From Macrostomum lignano (lineage: Eukaryota): a stretch of DNA of 64,000 nt. The DNA lies in contig NIVC01003471.1 in NCBI GenBank assembly GCA_002269645.1, positions 32,248 to 96,247 of the forward strand, read 5' to 3'. Below are positions 1-33,859 of the stretch, one piece after another. Made by a program: the position numbers and the translations under genes. Numbering within the stretch: the first letter of the stretch is position 1; each line of letters opens with the position of its first letter. The notes beneath the pieces are model-generated. The model was not told the origin of the DNA. It made no database searches and saw only the letters and a list, made by a program, of their open reading frames with translations.

Positions 1-2571
1 ATTCGTTAAAACAATATTTTGATAGTTTTGTGCTACAAAATTAATTAATTAAATTAACTTTGTTAAAGCTATAAAACTTATAATTATACCAAGACGTTTC
101 TATCGCATTAAATAGCTAAAGCTCTTGAATTTTTTCAAATTTATTGTGTTTCTGCTTTGTTGACAATTTGATGGAAAACATGAAGAATTAATTTGATGAG
201 ATTGTTGAACTTTTTTACTGATGATGTTAAAGATTTAATTCTCTTATGAATCGATGACTAAGCCTACATGTTCTAAAGACAGCTATTTCAGTGCAAGACA
301 AGAGATGATCAGTGCGCATTGGCATTATGCAACGCCTTCAGCGTCTTTCACAGTATAGTTTTAGGTAGGGGCTAATCCCCTAGTCCCCTGAGCCTTGGCT
401 AGGCCTAGCCTAAGAAAAAATGTATTTATAATTCATTGCTGTATTATGCCTATCGCATTTGCAATATTTGCCACTTTGGCGCATTATTATAGCATTTTTT
501 TGCTTAAGCACATTTTGGTATAATATTTCATCCTGCCTTTTTTAGGCCTAGTCCATTCCATTTGACCCTTTCTACTTTAACTAGGCCTAACACAGTAATA
601 TCATTGATTTTTCTCTACTCTACCCTTCCTGCCTTCCAATTTTCCACTAGGTGGCCTAGGCTGATTATTTTATAATATTTAAACAGGACCTTAAAAAACT
701 CAATTAAGCCTTAAGGGGCCTAGTTCAATTTCAAATATATTCAAATTCAATACAATAGGCATAGGCCTATAGAGCAAATTAGGCCTATACAAAATTGAAA
801 AAGAAAAAGTACTTTGAGGCCTAGCCTAGGTCAATACAAAAAGCTATATATAAATAGATATAATTTTTGTGTCATTTAAAAGTATTTAATATGATTTTCT
901 TAAAAAAGAACTTAAACTCCTATAATCAATTTTGATTTAATATTTCAAGAGATATATGTATTTAGAATAAAGAGGATAATCAATCATAGACTTATTGAAC
1001 CCATAGACAAAATGACACATATAAGCTATCTAGTCAAATAATCTAGCTTTATGCCTTTAGTAAGCAATCAAGCAATCAAGGAACCTAACAAAGTTAGTTT
1101 GGTATAATTTATCTAGGCCTATCTTTTGTCAACACTTGTAAACTATAGAATTTAGCTAGGCAATCTAGTCTAGTTTACTAGCAATTTTATTTAAAGATAT
1201 TTGGCAATAAGGCCTAGTCTTCACTCTTTATTCATTAAGTCAAGAATATGATTCATTAGTTAGACTAATATTATAGATCTTTTTATGCTTGACATAGGCC
1301 TATCATTTATAGTTCTTATAGACTTTAACTTTTTTTACTTATATATTAAATATTATTTTACAGATAGAATAGTTACCATATATAGTGTAGAGTTGCTTCT
1401 GACTATTAGGCCTAGCTAGTGCATTGGAGCTTCAAAGTCTAATATATAATTGCTATTTATTATCTTATATTATAATTGCATAGAAGGGTTTAAAAATATG
1501 AAAGGTTATAATAAATTAATATTGCCATTAAAGTTCTACTATAAACAATTTTTACCTATGTCTAATTATATCTACTAGCTATATCTCAATTTGTATATAA
1601 TACACCTATATCTATATCTTTATCTATAGCTTCTATTCTAGTAACTTTCTTGCTATGCTTGCAATATGCCACTAGCTAGCAATACTTGGCAAAAATTTCA
1701 TAGATGGGACACTTGGAATTCTTGATATTGGCTATTATAATTAAAAGAATGTAGCTGTGACTAGTGTTCTATAGACACTATATGCCTATTAATATGGCTA
1801 TTAACTTGATTTTTTTTATTGATTTTCTATTTTTTCCCTCTGTTTCTTCTTTTGCCTATTCTCTCTTTCCCCTCTCCCTTCTTTTTTCCTTTCTTTCCTC
1901 TTCAATAGGATTCATCTAACTTAAGCCTTTACTATCCCAGCCACAATGTGCAAGCTTTAAAACTAGAAACATTTATTGATTTTGGAAAATTTTATATTGC
2001 TTTACTCCTATCTATCAAACCAATGGCTCTAATGATCTTTCAAGTCTTAAGTCTTCTAAGTTTATTGATTGTCCTAGATATGAAAATATATTTCCCATAA
2101 CTATATCCATATCAATATTTCTGTCTAAAACTCTCCATAATTTCCTATAGCTACATCTATAGCTACAGTGGAACTCTAATTGCTATGCATTTGTAGTTTA
2201 TAGGCATGATGTGGACAGTGATAGTTAAAATTTGAGTCCCTAAACATGCCCTTGATTGGTTGATACAGTGATACACACAGTATTTATAAAGCTTGATTGA
2301 CTAGCTACTACTAGTTCATTCGCTATTGGTAATAATATACTAATATAGCATTTATTTTAATGGACACAAAAGACAGAATTAAAATATTGTGTTTCTTTAG
2401 AAAAGGTCTTCTACTTTTATGCAAACAGTGACAGTACAAAATTTATCATTTTGGAACTAAGAGTTATTGCCATAAAAATCATTGCCTATTTAATCAGAAC
2501 CAATGATCAGAACATTTAAAGATGTCTAAAACTTTTATTTATGTAAAGTTTCATGTCCCAAACAGGCTGAA

Positions 2572-25461
<22,890 letters not shown>

Positions 25462-25619
25462 TTTAGTGAAATCGGGAGGAGGCGCAGCTGACTCCGCATT
25501 GACAATTTCTTTAGATTTTGTTTCCGTGTCTGACTGATTGGTTTGGTTCTGTTTGCTTCTTGCTTCTCTGTCAAGCTGGTTGGTTTTTAGTTACTGCTTA
25601 CTGTGTTATTATTACATAC

Positions 25620-26200
25620 TGGTAGCATTTTTGGTTGCTATGGTAGCAAAATTGGTTGCTATGTTAGCATTATTGGTTGCTATGGTAGAAAAATTGTTTG
25701 CTATGTTAGCATTTTTGGTTGCTATGGTAGCAAAATTGGTTGCTATGTTAGCATTATTGGTTGCTATGGTAGCAAAATTGGCTGCTATGTTAGCATTATT
25801 GGTTGCTATGGTAGAAAAATTGGTTGCTATGTTAGCATTATTGGTTGCTATGGTAGCATTATTGGTTGCTATGGTAGCATTATTGGTTGCTATGGTAGCA
25901 AAATTGGTTGCTATGTTAGCATTATTGGTTGCATGGTAGCAAAATTGGTTGCTATGTTAGCATTATTTGTTGCTATGGTAGCATTTAATGGTCGATGGTA
26001 ACATCCTTGGTTGCAATGGTAACATCACTGTCTGGTTGCTATGATAGCATTTAATGGTTGCTATGGTAGTATCACTGCTTAGTTGCTACGGTAGCATTCT
26101 TAGTTACTATCGTAACATCACTGGCTGGTTCCTGTGGTAGTATCACTAGCTGATTTAATGGTTGCTATGGTAGCAGTACTGATTGGTCGATATGGTAGCA
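25620..26200 (+). repeat. 21-bp minisatellite (ttggttgctatggtagcaaaa-type) downstream of the GBF1 stop
   Basis: Tandem units with a degenerate 3' part. Confidence 0.88.
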
Positions 26201-27494
26201 GCACTAAATGGTATATTGAAAATACTAGTTAATTCTTATTGCTTTCAGTGGGGACCAGCTTTAATTCCAATTTAATCGATGATAAAATATTTGATTCCCA
26301 GACTCAATGTGCGCTTGTTTTACTCAAAGACTCAAAGTTTTATTCCATTTGTCTGTTTATATCCAGCTTTTTGAGTCTAGTGATTGAAGAATATTGTCTT
26401 TTATTAAATCATATTTACTGATTCTGATTTTCGAACTTGACCCCCTCATCCTAAAGCTCTCGACCCTGCCTTTCTTCCAGTCAGCTGTGTGGAACCCCCA
26501 CTCAGCTGCATTCGTGCCCCCCTCTGGCCTGACCTTTTCTGTGTGGCTTGCAGCTCTACTTGTGCATGCGTCCAACTGGCATCCTGATATCTGATATCAG
26601 CCTAAATCAGTGTCAGCATGATCGCTAATATCTGACACTAGTATCAGCCTAAATCTGTGTCAGCATGATCGCTAATATCTGACACTAGTATCCGTCTCAA
26701 TCGCTGAGTTAGTGTCAGATAACCACCTAGTGGGTGTCAGAGGACCAAAAGTTAGTGTCAGATTTGGCTCCATTATATTGAGGGCCATCTGACACGGAAT
26801 TCATTGAAGCAACGCCCCTGCTCTGCTCTGTTCTAAGCATGAATGATCATCCGCTTTGCCCGTTTTCATTGGTTTCTGGGAATCGCTTACTCAATGCGGA
26901 AATGCTGACTTCCTGTGCTTCAGCTCTGGCGCAATTCTAATTGTATCCGAATACTATCACTATATTATTTATTAATATCGTTAACAAGTTTATATGTTCG
27001 ATATTCACTACTTATGCGTGCACATTTTTGGTCAGTAGTATATAGCAGCGGGTGTTGTAAACGTGAATAATTTTATTAATCACCCAGTACTGTAGTTGTC
27101 AGGCTGGCAGCAGTGTCACACTATGTTTTCTGTTTGTTCTGGTTATACCGTCTTCTCAGCCTGATTCTGTCTGTCGATTGTGTTGTCCTCTCGTGTCCAA
27201 GCCTTTTTTGTGCCCCCTTCCCCTCTGCTATAATTGTTTTCTTACAGATGACAGACAAATATAAATTCAGAGAAAATCTTTTTTGCTTTTTGAAGCTGTC
27301 CGGATTGGCGTATTTGGCGACTGAAACAGCTGTGATTGCTTTCTTGTCTTCATTGCTAAGTAAATAGTTTAGCCAGCAGATTAGCAATACGACACGAGAA
27401 TCGCTTTATTTTACAATTTTAAGACTGCCAAAATAGGTTGAAAAAAGGCCCTATTATTCTACTTATCAGTAGTGCAGCATTTTCTATCTTGCTG

Positions 27495-29990
27495 ATGCTG
27501 CTGCCGTTGCTCGTGCTCAGCCTGCTTGCCGCACAGACTGCAGCCCAGCCAGACAATGTCACCCTCATCGGCGCCCAGTTCCTGGACTCCTCCGTCAGCC
27601 TGACTGTTGGCAGGTCAGCTCACCTGTCCATCAGACTCAATCAGTCATTCTCAGCCGGTGACTACCTGTACTTCACCTACCAGGCCGACTCTCAGTCACC
27701 GGTGCTGCCCTATCAGGAGCACCAGGTTGTGCTGCCTCTGCCGGCTGTTTACCTGCCCCCCAATGCCACTGCGGCTGAGCTCAACATCACCGGCTGGGAT
27801 GCTGGCCGCCTCAGCATTGGCGTGAACTCCACCAACCCGGACTTCTTCAACAACCACAGCGTCTTTGTCCGGGTCACCGTGGCTAAGAGTGACGTCATTG
27901 ACGACTTCAACTTTGTGGTCGGCATTCTGTACGTGGTGCTCTGGTCCATGTCGTTTTACCCGCAGACTGTGCTCAACTATAGACGGAAGTGAGTTTTCTC
28001 GTTTGAGTCCTCTGTGCTGTGAGGTTCTCTGAGTCCTCTAGGCTGTGAGGTTCCTTGAGTCCTCTGTGCTGTGAGGTTCTGTGAGTCCTCTGTGCTGTGA
28101 GGTTCTGTGAGTCCTCTGGGCTGTGAGGTTCCTTAAGTCCTCTGCTGTGAGGTTCCTTGAGTCCTCTGTGCCCTAACCCTAAGGATTATGGTTAGGGTTA
28201 GGGCTGGCTGTCAACAGTCACAGGCCCCAGTCCAGCTGTGGTGGAGGCTGCAGTCCAGCCATGCCGCACCCGCAGGTCGGTGGTTGGCCTCAACTTCGAC
28301 TTCATCGGGCTGAACCTGCTGGGCTTCTGCGCCTACGCGGCCTTCAATGTGTGCCTGTACTGGGTGGCGCCGGTGCAGGAGCTGTACTTCAAGCGGCATC
28401 CGCGCGGCGTCATCCCCGTGGAAATCGCCGACGTGGTGTTCGCTTTGCACGCAGTTGTCATCACCTCTGTGCAGGTGAGAAAGTCACTCGGACTTGCTGG
28501 TTGCCAGATCAGAGACTGCAGCCGGGAGAGAATGTTGATGCGCACTACTAATAGTGCGCAACTCAGAAACGTCATTGCTTGTCCAACTGGGGCATTGCTC
28601 TAAAAGAAGAAAGAGCATTGTTATAAAATTATTTTGCCTTTAAAACTTTGAGGATTTTTGTGAGGTGTACACGCGTATTCTTGGAAGAGCGGATTAAAGG
28701 TAAAAGCGGTTCAAATATATCAGTTGCAGTCTGCAATGCTTGCTCAGACTCTTGTGCCATTGGATCGTCATCAAATTTATCCGATATTTCAATCGCTGTC
28801 ACCCCCACCGGGATCGCCAGGTGGTTCAGTGCTGCCTGTACGAGCGCGGCGGGCAGCGGGTGTCCCTGACTGCCCGCCTGCTGCTGGCCGCGATGCTGCT
28901 GTTCCTGCTGGCTGCCCTGCTGGTGTCCGCCTTCTGGCAGGCCGGCTTCGACTGGCTCAACTATCTGTACTGCGTGTCCTATGTGAAGCTGACCGTCACC
29001 CTCATCAAGTACTCGCCTCAGGCTTACATGAACTACAAGTAAGTGGCTTAGGTGGCTCTGCTCCCGTTTGCCCAGCCTCTGGCTACAGTTTGGTGGCTCT
29101 GATGCCCTCACATGGCTAACCTTACCGACCATAGCTTATCTTGCGCTCATTTCTTCACATAGCCCTCCATCTTTCCATATTCATTTTCTATCTTCCCACA
29201 CTCCTTTCCACCTTCCCACACTCCTCCCCATCTTCCCACATACATCCCTACCTTCCCACACTCCTTCCCATCTTCCCACATACATCCCTACCTTCCCACA
29301 CTCCTTCCCATCTTCCCACATACATCCCTACCTTCCCACACTCCTTCCCATCTTCCCACATACATCCCTACCTTCCCACACTCCTTCCCATCTTCCCACA
29401 TACATTCCTACCTTCCCACACTCCTTCCCATCTTCCCACATGCATTCCTACCTTCCCACACTCCTTCCCATCTTCCCACACTGCACTCATTCTCCCTATC
29501 TAGATCTTACCGCATCCCTCGTCTTTTCCCGCTGCTTCTTAATTCACATCCTCCTAGGCATGCCTTCCCATCCTTAGACCCAGGCTCCAACCTTTCCTTC
29601 CCAACTGAACTCCACACGCTCCCCAGACGGCAGTCGACAGACGGCTGGTCCATCGGGACGATCTTCACCGACTTCAGCGGCGGCGCGCTCAGCATCCTGC
29701 AGATGATGCTGCTGGCCTACAACTACAACGACTGGCCCTCCATCATGGGCGACCCGACCAAGTTCGGCCTGGGGCTGGTTTCCATCCTGTACGACTGCGT
29801 CTTCTTCGTGCAGCACTACGGGCTCTACGGCGAGCCGGCGAGGCGGCGGCGACAGCGACGGCTGCTGCGCGTGTCTGCGACGGAGGCTGCCGACTCGCCC
29901 GCCGTCAATCAGCCGCCCACTGCCGCCGCAGAGCAGCCCGACGAGGGTCAGCCGGGCGATGCCGATGATAACAAACCGCTGCTGGGTTGA
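27495..29990 (+). CDS. CTNS: Cystinosin, lysosomal PQ-loop cystine/H+ symporter, ~421 aa. Exons 27495-27988, 28276-28474, 28830(or 28821)-29038, 29627-29990
   Basis: Signal peptide and N-glycosylation-rich lumenal domain. PQ-loop 1 [37 protein letters not shown], PQ-loop 2 IKYSPQAYMNYKRQSTDGWSIG, GDPTKFGLG. Junctions are GT-AG and phase-consistent (1266 nt). Confidence 0.94.
28000..28170 (+). repeat. ~24-bp minisatellite (gagtcctctgtgctgtgaggttct), CTNS intron 1
   Basis: About 6-7 degenerate units. Confidence 0.85.
29190..29480 (+). repeat. 40-bp minisatellite (catcttcccacatacatccctaccttcccacactccttcc), CTNS intron 3
   Basis: About 7 tandem units. Confidence 0.9.
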
Positions 29991-30009
29991 GCAGCGTGGG
30001 AATGTCCGC

Positions 30010-30056
30010 TGTCTGTCTGTCTGCTGTCTGTCTGTCTCTGTCTGTCTGTCTGTCTC

Positions 30057-30091
<35 letters not shown>

Positions 30092-30094
30092 TAG

Positions 30095-30147
<53 letters not shown>

Positions 30148-30232
30148 TAGTGTCTGTCTGTCTGTCTGTCCTTCTGTCTGTCTGTCTGTCTGTCCTTCTG
30201 TCTGTCTGTCTTAGTGTCTGTCTGTCTGTCTC

Positions 30233-30279
<47 letters not shown>

Positions 30280-30282
30280 TAG

Positions 30283-30349
<67 letters not shown>

Positions 30350-30458
30350 GTCTGTCTGTCTGTCTGTCTGTCTTAGTGTCTGTCTGTCTGTCTGTCCTTC
30401 TGTCTGTCTGTCTGTCTGTCCTTCTGTCTGTCTGTCTTAGTGTCTGTCTGTCTGTCTC

Positions 30459-30505
<47 letters not shown>

Positions 30506-30508
30506 TAG

Positions 30509-30575
<67 letters not shown>

Positions 30576-30592
30576 GTCTGTCTGTCTGTCTC

Positions 30593-30631
<39 letters not shown>

Positions 30632-30652
30632 TAGTGTCTGTCTGTCTGTCTC

Positions 30653-30699
<47 letters not shown>

Positions 30700-30727
30700 T
30701 AGTGTCTGTCTGTCTGTCTGTCTGTCT

Positions 30728-30768
<41 letters not shown>

Positions 30769-30785
30769 GTCTGTCTGTCTGTCTC

Positions 30786-30824
<39 letters not shown>

Positions 30825-30905
30825 TAGTGTCTGTCTGTCTGTCTTAGTGTCTGTCTGTCTGTCTGTCTTAGTGTCTGTCTTTCTGTCTGTCTGTCTGTCT
30901 GTCCT

Positions 30906-30966
<61 letters not shown>

Positions 30967-31030
30967 GTCTGTCCTGTCTGTCTGTCTGTCTGTCTGTCAT
31001 TCTGTCTGTCTGTCCTTCTGTCTGTCTGCC

Positions 31031-31066
<36 letters not shown>

Positions 31067-31202
31067 CTTCTGCCTGTCTGTCTCTGTCTGTCTGTCTGTC
31101 TCTTTATCTGTCTGTCTGTCTGTCCTGTCTGTCTGTCTGTCTGTCTGTCTGTCTGCTGTCTGTCTGTCTGTCTGTCTCTTTGTCTGTCTGTCTGTCTGTC
31201 TA

Positions 31203-31237
<35 letters not shown>

Positions 31238-31257
31238 GCTGTCTGTCTGTCTGTCTC

Positions 31258-31304
<47 letters not shown>

Positions 31305-31307
31305 TAG

Positions 31308-31370
<63 letters not shown>
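30010..31370 (+). repeat. ~1.36-kb (GTCT)n microsatellite immediately after the CTNS stop
   Basis: Long tetranucleotide run with interruptions. Confidence 0.97.
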
Positions 31371-31372
<2 letters not shown>

Positions 31373-32029
31373 CCTGCTTAGAGATAATTTGTGTTCTATT
31401 ATCCAGCTCTTAGACGCAATAATGTCTCAAATGTACCTGCTTTTTCGTCTGCTGATTTTTTGCGCGCTTATTTATTCATGCAAATATGACAGTCGAAAGT
31501 CCGCACCAAGTGTGCTTATATACTACTTTACCAAGTAGCCTCTGCTTGTCTGATTTGACTTGCTAGGATAAATCAACAGGGTTGAAATTTTGCGCAGACA
31601 AACCTGCTGCTCTTATGGCCTTTCGACTGTGTGCAGCATCTCAACTGTATGCCAATCTGGTCAGCAATCTCATGCTCACTATCTAAATCGAATGCTATTA
31701 CTGATGCTTATGATAAGTTGTATTGCTATCTGTACTTTTCAATCAATTGATGGATGGACTGTACTGCAGAACTAAAATTTATTTTTGAGTCAGTATTTTT
31801 TGCGCGTTACTTGCGTTTCTTTTGATTAAAAATTAAGAAACAGAGCACTGTGCAATGTTTTGTAGCCACTTCGCAAAATTTTGTCTGTCAGAATTCCTGA
31901 TATTTTTAAATATATTTATACTACTGTAAGTAGATCTTATTGCTTTCTATTTTAGACTGCAACATCTGAAATCATTGCTAAATATTATTTGCATAAGATT
32001 TCTGTTATTTTGGGGGATTTGAGACCCTA

Positions 32030-33105
32030 AATTGAATTTGGGATTTGAGATTCCCTCATCCGATTGGGGATTTTGGATTCCTTCATCCAATTGGGAATTT
32101 TGGATTCCCTCATCCAATTGGGGATTTGGGATTCCCTCATCAAATTGGGGATTTGGGATTCCCTCATCCAATTGGGGATTTGGGATTCCCTCATCCAATT
32201 GGGGTTTTTGGGATTCCTTCATCCAATTGGGAATTTTGGATTCCCTCATCCAATTGGGGATTTGGAATTCCCTCATCAAATTGGGGATTTGGGATTCCCT
32301 CATCAAATTGGGGATTTGGGATTCCCTCATCAAATTGGGGATTTGGGATTCCCTCATCCAATTGGGGATTTGGGATTCCTTCATCAAATTGGGGATTTGG
32401 GATTCCCTCATCAAATTGGGGATTTGGGATTCCCTCATCAAATTGGGGATTTGGGATTCCCTCATCCAATTGGGGATTTGGGATTCCCTCATCAAATTGG
32501 GGATTTGGGATTCCCTCATCAAATTGGGGATTTGGGATTCCCTCATCCAATTGGGGATTTGGGATTCCCTCATCAAATTGGGGATTTGGGATTCCCTCAT
32601 CCAATTGGGGATTTGGGATTCCCTCATCAAATTGGGGTTTTTGGGATTCCCTCATCCAATTGGGGATTTGGGATTCCCTCATCCGATTGGGGATTTGGGA
32701 TTCCTTCATCCAATTGGGGATTTGGGATTCCTTCATCCAATTGGGGATTTGGGATTCCTTCATCCGATTGGGGATTTGGGATTCCTTCATCCGATTGGGG
32801 ATTTGGGATTCCTTCATCCAATTGGGGATTTGGGATTCCCTCATCAAATTGGGGATTTGGGATTCCCTCATCAAATTGGGGATTTGGGATTCCCTCATCA
32901 AATTGGGGATTTGGGATTCCCTCATCAAATTGGGGATTTGGGATTCCCTCATCAAATTGGGGATTTGGGATTCCCTCATCAAATTGGGGATTTGGGATTC
33001 CCTCATCCAATTGGGGATTTGGGATTCCCTCATCAAATTGGGGATTTGGGATTCCCTCATCAAATTGGGGATTTGGGATTCCCTCATCAAATTGGGGATT
33101 TGGGA
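32030..33105 (+). repeat. 27-bp minisatellite (ttgggattccctcatcaaattggggat), ~40 copies
   Basis: 9-aa periodicity in the ORF track. Confidence 0.96.
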
Positions 33106-33859
33106 GACCCACCGAATTGAGATAGTCGAGCTCGCGAGACACGCGAGTTAAAGCAAGATCCCGATTTTCTTTTTCCCTACTATTATCCCACTGGTGCCGA
33201 GTGACGCATGCATGCGGAGACATGGGATGTCACTGATTGCCGGTCCACTAGCGGATGTGGCACGCGAGTTGGCCTCAAGCTTTGTCGACTTGAAGATTTC
33301 TGTATGTAGCTCCCTGGAAAGGCACGAGGTAAAATGACTTTCTGGGAAAATAAATGTAAAAGGGTGGTGTTTTAAAATTTTGACGTGATTGGGTAATTTT
33401 ATCAACTTGAAATTTTTCGAACATGGTCAGCGCACCATGTCTCTTGTTAGGCGCCTCTCGGTGGGCGCCCCTGTCTCTTGATTGGTGCCACTGTATCTTC
33501 GTGGGCGCCCCTATTCCTGTCTTTTAGGCCGGTAGATGTCACGTCAAAAAGCTGGCAGAAGTCGAGCTTCTGTCATTCGTTTTTGGGGGAGCGCAATTTG
33601 CTTCGGCCCCCTCTGCGTTGATAGCAGTATTGATGCAAGAATTGATGAGTTCATTCGCGTACTTATCACTCGGTGATCTCGGTTATATTTACGCTTTGTA
33701 AAGTTCTATCGCTACATGACTCGATTTCTACGCTCGCAGCTGTCTATGGTAAATCCCTCGGGCATCTGCAAAGTCCGCAAGCAAGTCGGGTCCCACACTG
33801 GAGGCTGTTTGCATTATCTGGCACGAATAGACTTTGCACTCGATTAGAACGCGCAGCCG

